A stretch of 64,000 nt of DNA, from NCBI RefSeq assembly GCF_006345805.1, contig NC_043005.1, forward strand, positions 104,284,001 to 104,348,000, given 5' to 3'. Shown in pieces: positions 37,564-49,998 of this stretch. The first letter of the stretch is position 1. Each line of letters opens with the position of its first letter. The translations under genes and the position numbers were made by a program. The stretch comes from Octopus sinensis (taxonomy: Eukaryota). Below the pieces are notes generated by a model. It ran no database searches and had not been told where the DNA came from. It was given only the letters and a program-made list of their open reading frames with translations.

Positions 37564-37602
<39 letters not shown>

Positions 37603-38029
37603 GGTGTATCTATATGTAGATATACACACAAGGGTTAGTACCAAATTGTGTCAGAAAAGTAATTACATAACTTACTGTCAAATCATTGGATTGATGCCAA
37701 CAAAATACAAACTTTTTTTCTAAATTTTATCGATACAAATGCAGCTTTCGTATTTTTATGATTCTCGTCTCTCTCTCCCTCTCTCTCCTCCTCTCTCTCA
37801 CACGCACTTTGCATATTTCCCGTTGTAACTCAAACGTACTTTTCTGAAACAATCTGGTACTAACCTTTGTGTGTGTGCCAACATATAGATACACACTCAT
37901 ATACATATATATATTTATATGCATATACACATTTCATAGACTACGACTTCATAAAAAGTAATTTTAGCCTAAAATACAAATACATACAATATAAATGTTA
38001 GCATAATAATTCATATAGTAAAAACTAGT

Positions 38030-38400
38030 AAACTGGCTGGATTCACCTGGATTTTACCTAAGGACATACGGACTAACATCCATACCCTCTGAAAAATGAA
38101 CTGCGAACTTTATTTCCTTATTTCTTTACTCTCTACTCTTTTATTTTATTGTTTATTATCTGCGAATTTTCCGTGTCTAGATCTTTCATATGTTCTTTAT
38201 TTGTCTCTGATGACGGGCTAGCCCATATTCAGGCATACTCGCCTATCACTTGGGATATCCCAAACACAGTTGTAAGACCTCAACTAATTTAAGAATAATA
38301 TAAAATAATGTATATGACTTGAGATACATGTTATGCCTCGGCGTTTGTTGTCCTCTTTCACAAATATCTGCAAAATCGGAAACCAAAGCTCCCGTTTCAA
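38030..38400 (+). mobile_element. PLE terminal-repeat remnant with degenerate HHR (38204-38277)
   Basis: tct-CTGATGA-cggg...tatccc-caaac-acagttgta-aga; GAAAC is mutated. Confidence 0.5.
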
Positions 38401-38485
38401 TTACGAGCTTGGATCCCTGATAATCCGTTACAGCATTTACCCAGCGTATCTATTCGTTTAGGTCACCTGTGAACCAAAACCCCAT

Positions 38486-38524
<39 letters not shown>

Positions 38525-38528
<4 letters not shown>

Positions 38529-38820
38529 GAAAGAATGGAGTCGAACGAAGATGTTAACAAAATTCCTTTACTCTCGACACATGTTTCGAAGACGGCATAC
38601 TTTTAATTCCGAAGGAATAAATAGTGCATTGTGCCATCTTCTCATCAGGAAAGATAAGGAGCCTCTTTCAGCCACAAGACGAACAGAATTTATGATGATT
38701 GCCTACATGGTGACCAAAGTTTCTACCCTTGACAGGTCGCTTCAACAGTGTTTTCTGACGTGAATTTGCTACCCAGGTATCGGTAAAACGAATTTTCCAT
38801 GCTAGGATAATTCATTCACG
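38525..38820 (-). mobile_element. PLE terminal repeat between (TA)n tracts; family shared with 59585-59990
   Basis: Collinear with the reverse complement of 59700-59990. Confidence 0.7.
38572..38652 (-). ncRNA. Type I hammerhead, intact core, 10-bp stem II with large loop
   Basis: uuuc-CUGAUGA-gaagauggca..ugccgucuuc-GAAA-caugu-GUC-gaga. Confidence 0.8.
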
Positions 38821-38824
38821 TGCT

Positions 38825-38873
<49 letters not shown>

Positions 38874-39119
38874 TTTTTGACCAATGGTTATTTTCCGGAA
38901 ATCTTAAATGTTAAAGCGGCCTGAGAATGTACTGTCCTTCAGTCTGCAATAATCGTAGGATTTAAGAGATAGACGTAGTGACATTGAACATGATAATATA
39001 GTTAAATATATACGGAGTGACATCGTAGAGATACATAGTTGTCAATAAGTGGACTGATAGATTAAATAATAGATATATGATCCGTTCATAAATGTCTTCT
39101 TTGTAATAGAACCATAAAT

Positions 39120-39499
39120 GTGGAGGCGCAATGGCCCAGTGGTTAGGGCAGCGGACTCGCGGTCGTAGGATCGCGGTTTCGATTCCCAGACCGGGCGTTG
39201 TGAGTGTTTATTGAGCGAAAACACCTAAAAGCTCCACGAGGCTCCGGCAGGGGATGGTGGTGAACCCTGCTGTACTCTTTCACCACAACATTCTCTTACT
39301 TCCTGTTTCTGTTGTACCTGTATTTCAAGGGGCCGACCTTATCACTCTCTGTGCCACGCTGAATATCCCCGAGAACTACTTTAAGGGTGCACGTGTCTGT
39401 GGAGTGCTCAGCCACTTACACGTTAATTTCACGAGCAGGCTGTTCCGTTGATTCGGATCAACCGGAACCCTCATCGTCGTAACCGACGGAGTGCTTCCA
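39120..39499 (+). mobile_element. Full-length tRNA-derived SINE with 12-bp target-site duplication
   Basis: A/B boxes; TSD agaaccataaat at 39108-39119 and 39500-39511. Confidence 0.9.
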
Positions 39500-40057
39500 A
39501 GAACCATAAATATATAAAGACTTACTTGATTCAACGCAACGCAAATATATAAGCTTGAGAATAGTCCGGATGTTTTTTAATAACTGTAAATATTTTTTGA
39601 AATTATTGAAATATTGGTATTTATGTTACATTTGTATATTAAGCATGTCTTAGCAACTGGCCATGAAGAAACTAAAAAAAATCTGACTGGAAGAAAGCAG
39701 ACGACACCATCTGAGGGAAAGATGAGAGAGTAGGAGGAGGGGGTAAGGGGCGGGTGAGATGAAGTGAGAGAGAAATGTGCATATATTATGAAAAAGTGAT
39801 AGAGGGAGAGGGAGAGGGAGAGAGAGCGTGGGAGAAAAACAGAGAGAGAGAGAGGGGGGGGAGAGATATTAAAAGAGAGAGAGTAAGAGGACAATGAAAA
39901 TGTAAGAAGGGAAGTTTTAAGTTTTAAAAGAGGGTGAGAAAGAGAAAGAAGCAATTCATTATGCACGAGGAACGTCACTCTCGCGTGCGCGAAAAGTAAC
40001 AAGATAGTGATACATTTAAACCGAGGAGACAGATACGGAAACATATTTTCTCTTTTT

Positions 40058-40453
40058 CTCTTTTACTTGTTTCAGTCATTTGACTGCAGCCATGCTGGAG
40101 CACCGCCTTTAATCGAGCAACTCGACCCCGAGACTTATTCTTTGTAAGCCCAGTACTTATTCTATCGGTCTCTTTTTTTGCCGAACCGCTAAGTGACGGG
40201 GACGTAAACACACCAGCATCGGTTGTCAAGCAATGCTAGGGGAACAAACACAGACACACAAACAAACACATATATATATATACATATATACGACAGGCTT
40301 CTTTCAGTTTCCGTCTACCAAATCCACTCACAAAGCATTGGTCGGCCCGGGGCTATAGCAGAAGACACTTGCCCAAGATGCCACGCAGTGGGACTGAACC
40401 CGGAACCATGTGGTTGGTTAGCAAGCTACTTACCACACAGCCACTCCTGCGCC
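40058..40453 (-). mobile_element. Full-length CORE-type SINE
   Basis: Reverse complement of the 61896-62311 family. Confidence 0.9.
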
Positions 40454-40899
40454 TATATGTGAAGTTTAAGGGAGGGATAACACAGAGTTTTGACGGGGTC
40501 AAAAAAAAATATCTTTAACCAATTTTTAATAAGCTAAAGCATAGAAGAAATACCGAGTAGTATTTCGCCAAGGTTGTATGTACACATAAAGGAATACGTA
40601 TATACATATATATGTACATATATATGTACACACACGCATATACGTGTGTGTGTATACATACATCCATTTACATATACATGTAAATACATACTACATATAT
40701 ATATGTGTGTGTGTGTGTACGTATGTATATATATATAAATATATAACTACACACTCATATACTTACTCTTTTACTTGTTTCAGTCAGTTGACTGCGGCCA
40801 TGCTGGAGCAATACACACACACATACACACACACCAGTAATTCTCGTAGTATAAACGTGAGACTTTGTGACATTGAAATTGGCAATAAAGTGACATATA

Positions 40900-41230
40900 C
40901 TCTTTTACTTGTTTCAGTCATTTGACTGCGGCCATGCTGGAGCACCGCCTTTAATCGAGCAACTCGACCCTGGGACTTATTCTTTGTAAGCCCAGTACTT
41001 ATTCTATCAGTCTCTTTTGCCGAACTGCTAAGTGACAGGGACATAAACACACCAGCATCGATTGTCAAGCAATGCTAGGGGAACAGACACAGACACACAA
41101 ACACATACACACACACATATATATATCCATATATATACGACGGGCTTCTTTCCGTTTCCGTCTACCAAATCCACTCACAAGGCTTTGGTCGGCCCGAGGC
41201 TATAGTAGAAGACACTTGCCCAAGGTGCCA
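40900..41230 (-). mobile_element. 5'-truncated CORE SINE present in only one copy of the local duplication
   Basis: Absent at the homologous site 45470-45491, which holds (TA)n. Confidence 0.88.
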
Positions 41231-43271
41231 TTGGATTGGGAAAAAATAATAGGAAGAAATATATGTTCCTAAATGTTTTCCTTATAAATAAAACGATAAA
41301 CATTGAGACTTACTTGATTTAGCACAATATAATCAAATGTATTGAGGATTCATTTCTTAAGTGTAAATATGCTTTGAAATAATTGAAATTTGGTTATTTT
41401 TGTTGTATTTATATTTTAAGGACGTCTTCAAAGGTGATTTACATGAATTGATAAATCTTGAGGTAAAATAAAATACATGCAATAGCAATTGGCCATGAAG
41501 GAAGTATAGGGAAATGGAAGAAAGCAGACGACACTATGAGGAGGAAGATGGACTGAGTAGTAGGAGGAGGAGGTAAGAGCAGGGAGATTAAGAGGAAATG
41601 AGAGAGAAATATGCACATATTACGAAAGAGAGATAAAGGGAGAGAGAGAGAGAGAGGAGAGAGGAGAGAGAGAGAGAGAAAAGAGAGAGTGTGTGTGTGA
41701 GAGAGAGAGAGAGAGAGATATATAAAAGAGAGAGTAAGCGGACGCTGAAAATGTAAAAAGGAAGTTTTAATTTTTAAAAGAGGAAAAATTTATAAGGGAG
41801 TGGGAGATGAAGAGAGATAGAAAGAAGCAATTCATTATGTAAGAAGCCTTACGCACCCACATGCACACACATGAGCTCACTCCGCACATACGCACACAGA
41901 TGCAACCCCACCACGACACCACCACCAGACTATTTTTGCTTCATTTTTGTGACCGGGTGTTAACGTTGAGTTTTCGGATCCTGTGAATTTTCCGAGTCCT
42001 GTCCTCACCACCCACCTGTTCACCAGCGCGCATTTTTTTTTCATAATCGTTGAGTACACATTATTTTACGCCTATTGCACTTTTTATTCATTTAATTTTT
42101 GTTGTTGTTGTCCTGATGTCGAGGTCGGGTAACTGGATCTTCGTGAATTATCCGAGTCTGTGCCCTACCCATCTAACTTCACAAAATTTGATAAACACAT
42201 AGTGTACTAGGTGTAAAATAATGTGTAGTGAACGAATATGAAGAAAAAAATTGCGCCGGTGAACGGGGAAGTGGGGAGAGGGCCCGGAACACTCCTGATA
42301 TGAATTTTCGGAGTCCTTTGGGGTTTTTTTAAGTATCCATGTGAATGCATATAAACATAAATGTATACAAATGCTACATGAAACAATATGAGAGCAACTT
42401 AAATACAAATTTTGATTTGAGATTTTGAAAGGAATCCATAATTAAGAGAGTGTATGTGTGTGTATGTATATATACACCTAGATTCATTAAATATGACATT
42501 ATTGTTACATATATTCTAAATACATTGAACTGAGAAATACAAGGTGTTCATAGATTTTTTCCTTATATAATAGAATGATGAATATAAAAACTTACATGAT
42601 TTAACGCAAAATGGTTAAATATCTTGAGAATAGTCTAGATGCTTCCTTCTTGAGTGCAGATATTTTTTGAAAGTTTCGAAATTTCGGTATTTTTATATTC
42701 ATACATTAAGGAAGTCTTCGAAGGTGATTTACATTAATTGATAAGATCATGGGCTAAAATTATATTACATCATGCAATACCAATTTGGCCATGAAAAAAA
42801 GCCATGTTGGAAACGCTGACTGGAAGCAGACGACACTATCTGGAGGGAGATGGAGGAAGAGTAGTGGGAGGAGGTAAGAGCGGGGAGATTAAGACGAAAT
42901 GAGAGAGAAAAATATGCATATATTACGAAAGAGTAGTAGAGAGAGAGAGAGAGAGAGAGAAAAAGAAAGCGAGAGAGAGAGAGAGAGAGAGAGTAATAAA
43001 AAGAAAAGGAAACAAGGACGCTGGAGAAGAAAAAAAGAAGCGAAGTTTTAAGTTTTAAAAGTGGAGAACTTTATAAGGGAGGGGGAGGGAGATGAAGAGA
43101 GGGTAAGAGAAAGAAGCAACTTATTGAATACGACAAACGCTACACATATGCACGCACACGCACACACACACAGACACATACATGCGCTCACTCACAACAC
43201 AACATACAACACAACACACATAGAGGCACACACATAACAACGCTTGGCAATGACCTTACTGTTTAGAAAGG

Positions 43272-43303
<32 letters not shown>

Positions 43304-43401
43304 CGGGGTGGGTGAGAGAGAGAGAGAGAGGGTGTTGGTAGTGGTGACGGAGGTGGTGGAGAGAGATACAATGAAGCTGAAGAGATACATACGACATGAT
43401 A

Positions 43402-43785
43402 TCTCTCTCTATATATAAAGCTGATGTTGTCTGTGTATGGCAGGTTTGGTAGCCACTATCTCCTCCGAGACCCTGCGGTAGAAGTTGACCAAAATTGAGA
43501 ATATGATAGAAGACTTGCTCTTCCTTCCATAAACGGAAAAATTCAAATCGGACCAACCATGTTAGCACCAAAAATTATTTGCATCAAAAGGTGCTTTTTT
43601 TCTATGAAAATCCCTATTTTTTACGATTTTGTGACTGCTGTGTGGCCATATTTCGGTGTATTTCAGCCAGAAAAATGTTCACATAAAGAGAATAACAAGC
43701 TATATAATGCAAAATTATTACTTTTCAAAAATTCCAATTCTAGGGGGTCGAAACAAACCCGAGCAACACCGGGCGATGCTGCTAG
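43402..43785 (+). mobile_element. Non-autonomous Helitron
   Basis: A|TC 5' end (tctctctctatatataaagctga), 3' hairpin cccg-agcaacac-cggg and CTAG|T; no TSD. Confidence 0.8.
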
Positions 43786-45275
43786 TAATGTATAAATTCA
43801 GGGCGGGACACAACGGTGTTTTGACTGGAAAGAAATCTTTTAAACCAATTTGAAATAAGCTTGTACATAGGAGAGACACCGTGTAACAAGTGCGAAAGTT
43901 TTATATACACATACGTGCATCCGTATGTACATATATACGTAACACTCATGCAATCATAACTACATGCTTACATACATATATGCTTTACCCATAAACACAC
44001 ACATTTAGTTTTTTAAGTATCAGTGTCAACTTTTAGTAGCATAAATGTATATAGATGCTTGTGAAACAGTATGAGTCCAACTTAAGGACAAATTTCAGTT
44101 TAGTGTTTTGTGTCGTTTTCCTACTAAATAGAGTGGCACATGAAAACAGATATGTGAAATGCTATGAGGTAACTAGATATACGTATGAACACGGAATTAA
44201 GAACTTAATAAAATTCTGAGCATATTGGGGACAATGTAAATAAAAAACATCTTAGGAAACCATTTTGAAATTATGAAATGTTTGATGGATAAACAAGGCA
44301 GTGCGTTATTTTCCGTGTTGGACAAATAACCTACAAATATAGGCTCTAGAAATCTTTCTGCGCCTGTGTATGTGAATATGTGTGCTTGTGTATGTGTGTG
44401 TGTGTGTGTGTGGGTGGGTGCGCGCTCTGTTTGGATATTTTGAGATGCTAAAATGTTGAGGTCAGGGATAGGCCTCCCACATAATTTGGAATTTCTCCGT
44501 TTACACGGAATTTTCGGATTTTTTTTCACGGTGCCCTTGGAAATGATGCGTTGGGGGAATCTTTTTACCAAAAGCAATTCTCGAAAATGGTCAATGGCCA
44601 CTACGCACTAAAAACCAGGGAGAGAAACCTTTCCGTTACATAAAAAAAAATAATTCAACCATATTCATGAATTTGTTCTCTCAGGATGATACATGGAATA
44701 TTTTTCTTTTCTTCTTTACTTTTAACGAAAATGTTTCTCCCCTCATTTTTAAGTGGCAGTGCACACAAAATCGACCAAAAATCGTTCCGAGATGAGGGTT
44801 AAAAAAAATCATCATATCCCTGACGTCACCCAACTTAGAAATGAAACTATAAGAAAATCTATATTACCTTTCTTTTCGCTTTGGATCTATCCTCATCGAG
44901 CAGACATCTGATAACGGATATATTTTGAGGTGCAAGGACCACTTTATCAAATATTTTATTTAAATTAATTGAGTCATTAGTGTGTGAGTGATTTGAAGAT
45001 TTTGTTTTATCTAGGAGCTCCGGAATCTTAAAGCGATTGCTGTGTTGTACAGGACAACAGAACTTCAGCTGCGAAGTTTGCCGAAAATCTATTCAATGCT
45101 TCACATGGCGAATTGGCCAGAACAGAACTAGAAATGCTATTCTAGATCAGAGTTTAAAGACAATGATATACGCATATACGTGTGTGTGTATACATACATC
45201 CATTTACATATACATGTAAATACATACTACATATATATGTATATATATGTGTGTGTGTGTGTGTCTGTACGTATG

Positions 45276-45321
<46 letters not shown>

Positions 45322-45897
45322 CACACACATATACTTACTCTTTTACTTGTTTCAGTCAGTTGACTGCGGCCATGCTGGAGCAATACACACACACACACAC
45401 ACACACCAGTAATTCTCGTAGTATAAACGTGAGGATTTGTGACATTGAAATTGGCAATAAAGTGACATATATATATATATAAATTAAGTACATTGGATTG
45501 GGAAAAAATAATAGGAAGAAATATATGTTCCTAAATGTTTTCCTTATAATAGAACGATAAATATTGAGACTTACTTGATTTAGCACAATATAATCAAATG
45601 TATTGAGGATTCTTTTCTTAAGTGTAAATATGTTTTGAAATAATTGAAATTTGGTTATTTTTGTTGAATTTATATTTTAAGGACGTCTTCGAAGGTGATT
45701 TACATGAATTGATAAATCTTGAGGTAAAATAAAATACATGCAATAGCAATTGGCCATGAAGGAAGTATAGGGAAATGGAAGAAAGCAGACGACACTATGA
45801 GGAGGAAGATGGACTGAGTAGTAGTAGGAGGAGGTAAGAGCAGGGAGATTAAGAGGAAATGAGAGAGAAATATGCACATATTACGAAAGAGAGATAA

Positions 45898-45942
<45 letters not shown>

Positions 45943-47172
45943 TGTGTGTGTGAGAGAGAGAGAGAGATATATATAATAAAAGAGAGAGTAAGCGGACGCT
46001 GAAAATGTAAAAAGGGAAGTTTTAATTTTTAAAAGAGGAAAAATTTATAAGGGAGTGGGAGATGAAGAGAGATAGAAAGAAGCAATTCATTATGTAAGAG
46101 AAGCCTTACGCACCCACATGCACACACATGAGCTCACTCCGCACATACGCACACAGATGCAACCCCACCACGACCACCACCACCAGACTATTTTTGCTTC
46201 ATTTTTGTGACCGGGTGTTAACGTTGAGTTTTCGGATCCTGTGAATTTTCCGAGTCCTGTCCTCACCACCCACCTGTTCACCAGCGCGCATTTTTTTTTT
46301 CATAATCGTTGAGTACACATTATTTTACACCTATTGCACTTTTTATTCATTTAATTTTTGTTGTTGTTGTCCTGGTGTCGAGGTCGGGTAACTGGATCTT
46401 CGTGAATTATCCGAGTCTGTGCCCTACCCATCTAACTTCACAAAATTTGATAAACACATAGTGTACTAGGTGTAAAATAATGTGTACTGAACGAATATGA
46501 AGAAAAAAATTGCGCCGGTGAACGGGGAAGTGATGAGAGGGCCCGGAACACTCCTGATATGAATTTTCGGAGTCCTTTGGTTTTTTTTTAAGTATCCATG
46601 TGAATGCATATAAACATAAATGTATACAAATGCTACATGAAACAATATGAGAGCAACTTAAATACAAATTTTGATTTGAGATTTTGAAAGGAGTCCATAA
46701 TTAAGAGAGTGTATGTGTGTGTATGTATATATACACCTAGATTCATTAAATATGACATTATTGTTACATATTTTCTAAATACATTGAACTGAGAAATATA
46801 AGGTGTTCATAGATTTTTTCCTTATATAATAGAATGATGAATATAAAAACTTACATGACTTAACGCAAAATGGTTAAATATCTTGAGAATAGTCTAGATG
46901 CTTCCTTCTTAAGTGCAGATATTTTTTGAAAGTTTCGAAATTTCGGTATTTTTATATTCATACTTTAAGGAAGTCTTCGAAGGTGATTTACATTAATTGA
47001 TAAGATCATGGGCTAAAATTATATTACATCATGCAATACCAATTTGGCCATGAAAAAAAGCCATGTTGGAAACGCTGACTGGAAGCAGACGACACTATCT
47101 GGAGTAGTGGGAGGAGGTAAGAGCGGGGAGATTAAGACGAAATGAGAGAGAAATATGCATATATTACGAAAG

Positions 47173-47209
<37 letters not shown>

Positions 47210-47509
47210 AAGCGAGAGAGAGAGAGAGAGAGTAATAAAAAGAAAAGGAAACAAGGACGCTGGAAGAAGAAAAAGAAGCGAAGTTTTAAGTTTTAAAAGT
47301 GGAGAACTTTATAAGGGAGGGGGAGGGAGATGAAGAGAGGGTAAGAGAAAGAAGCAACTTATTGAATACGACAAACGCTACACATATGCACGCACACGCA
47401 CACACACACAGACACATACATCCGCTCACTCACAACACAACATACACACACACACACATAGAGGCACACACATACACACGCTTGGCAATGACCTTACTGT
47501 TTAGAAAGG

Positions 47510-47541
<32 letters not shown>

Positions 47542-47639
47542 CGGGGTGGGTGAGAGAGAGAGAGAGAGGGTGTTGGTAGTGGTGACGGAGGTGGTGGAGA
47601 GAGATACAATGAAGCTGAAGAGATACATACGACAAGATA

Positions 47640-48018
47640 TCTCTCTCTCTATATAAAGCTGATGTTGTTGTGTATGGCAGGTTTGGTAGCCACTATCTCC
47701 TCCGAGACCCTGCGGTAGAAGTTGACCAAAATTGAGAATATGATAGAAGACTTGCTCTTCCTTTCATAAACGGAAAAATTCAAATCGGACCATGTTAGCA
47801 CCAAAAATTATTTACATCAAAAGGTGCTTTTTTTCTATGAAAATCCCTATTTTTTACGATTTTGTGACTGCTGCGTGGCCATATTTCGGTGTATTTCAAC
47901 CAGAAAAATGTTCACTTAAAGAGAATAACAAGCTATATAATGCAAAATTATTACTTTTCAAAAATTCCAATTCTAGGGGGTCGAAACAAACCCGAGCAAC
48001 ACCGGGCGATGCTGCTAG
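47640..48018 (+). mobile_element. Non-autonomous Helitron (duplicated copy)
   Basis: Same termini as 43402-43785. Confidence 0.8.
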
Positions 48019-48557
48019 TAATGTATAAATTCAGGGCGGGACACAACGGTGTTTTGACTGGAAAAAAATTTTTTAAACCAATTTGAAATAAGCTTGTACA
48101 TAGGAGAGACACCGTGTAACAAGTGCGAGAGTTTTCTATACACATACGTGCATCCGTGTGTACATATATACGTAACACTCATGCAATCATAACTACATGC
48201 TTACATACATATATACTTTACCCATGAACACACACATTTAGTTTTTTAAGTATCAGTGTCAACTTTTAGTAGCATAAATGTATATAGATGCTTGTGAAAC
48301 AGTATGAGTCCAACTTAAGGACAAATTTCAGTTTAGTGTTTTGTAAAGCGTTGGATATGGGAAAGGCCATGAAGTAACTGGATATACGTAAGAACACGGA
48401 ATTAAAAACTGGCCGTTTCACCGTGGTCTGTCACAATACAGGATAATAAAATTCTGAGCATATTGGGCACCATGTAAATAAAAAACATCTTAGGAAACCA
48501 TTTTGAAATTATGAAATGTTTGATGGATAAACAAGGCAGTGCGTTATTTTCCGTGTT

Positions 48558-48750
48558 GACGTCCTTAAAATATAAATACAACGAAAGTAACCAAATTTCA
48601 ATTATTTCAAAACATATTTACACTTAAGAAAAAATCCTCAATATTATATATTGTGCTTAATCAAGTGAGTCTTAATATTTATCGTTCTATTATAAGGAAA
48701 ACATTTAGGAACATATATTTCTTCCTATTATTTTTCCCAATCCAATGTAC

Positions 48751-48790
<40 letters not shown>

Positions 48791-48955
48791 ACTTTATTGC
48801 CAATTTCAATGTCACAAAGTCTCGCGTTTATACTACGAGAATTACTGAAGTGTGTGTATTGCTCCTGTATGGCCGCAGTCAACTGACTGAAACAAGTAAA
48901 AGAGTAAGTATATGTGTGTGTAGTTATATATTTATATATATATACATACGTACAG

Positions 48956-48986
<31 letters not shown>

Positions 48987-49920
48987 CATATATATGTAGT
49001 ATGTATTTACATGTATATGTAAATGGATGTATGTATACACACACACGTATATGCGTATATCATTGTCTTTAAACTCTGATCTAGAATAGCATTTCTAGTT
49101 CTGTTCTGGCCAATTCGCCATGTGAAGCATTGAATAGATTTTCGGCAAACTTCGCAGCTGAAGTTCTGTTGTCCTGTACAACACAGCAATCGCTTTAAGA
49201 TTCCGGAGCTCCTAGATAAAACAAAATCTTCAAATCACTCACACACTAATGACTCAATTAATTTAAATAAAATATTTGATAAAGTGGTCCTTTGCACCTC
49301 AAAATATATCCGTTATCAGATGTCTGCTCGATCAGGATAGATCCAAAGCGAAAAGAAAGGTAATATAGATTTTCTTATAGTTTCATTTCTAAGTTGGGTG
49401 ACGTCAGGGATATGATGATTTTTTTTAACCCTCATCTCGGAACGATTTTTGGTCGATTTTGTGTGCACTGCACACTTAAAAACGAGGGGAGAAACATTTT
49501 CGTTAAAAGTAAAGAAGAAAAGAAAAATATTCCATGTATCATCCTGAGAGAAACAAATTCATGAATATGGGGTTGAATTGTTTTTTTTTATGTAACGGAA
49601 AGGTTTCTCCCCTGGTTTTTAAGTGCGTAGTGGCCATTGACCATTTTCGAGAATTGCTTTTGGTAAAAAGATTCCCCCCAACGCGTCATTTCCAAGGGCA
49701 CCGTGAAAAAAAATCCGAAAAATTCCCGTGTAAACGGAGAAATTCCAAATTATGTGGGAGGCCTATCCCTGACCTCAACATTTTAGCATCTCAAAATATC
49801 CAAACAGAGCGCGCACCCACACACACACAGACACACACACACACGTGCCCACACAAACCCACAAGCACACACATTCACATACACAGGCGCAGATAGATTT
49901 CTAGAGCCTGTATTTGTAGT
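48558..49920. repeat. Inverted copy of 44331-45687
   Basis: Reverse-complement collinearity; the junction lies at the palindromic hexamer gacgtc. Confidence 0.9.
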
Positions 49921-49943
49921 TGCAGGAAATATACACATATTAC

Positions 49944-49998
<55 letters not shown>

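Larger units (their letters stand above)
36388..37567. mobile_element. Retrozyme-like array U: 2.1 tandem 353-nt units, a 27-bp hairpin junction, then 1.12 inverted units, inside (TA)n
   Basis: Unit starts at 36388, 36741 and 37094; hairpin 37114-37170; inverted arm 37171-37567 with a 44-nt terminal redundancy. One mismatch noticed among copies; one intact HHR per unit. Confidence 0.88.
40625..48557. repeat. Direct tandem duplication (40625-44321 versus 45175-48557)
   Basis: Collinear and highly similar blocks; they differ in microsatellite lengths and the SINE insertion. Confidence 0.9.

Noticed and set aside
39121-39200. tRNA gene candidates with A and B boxes (also 14770 and 61896)
   Set aside because: They are SINE heads continuing into SINE bodies; no complete cloverleaf is evident.
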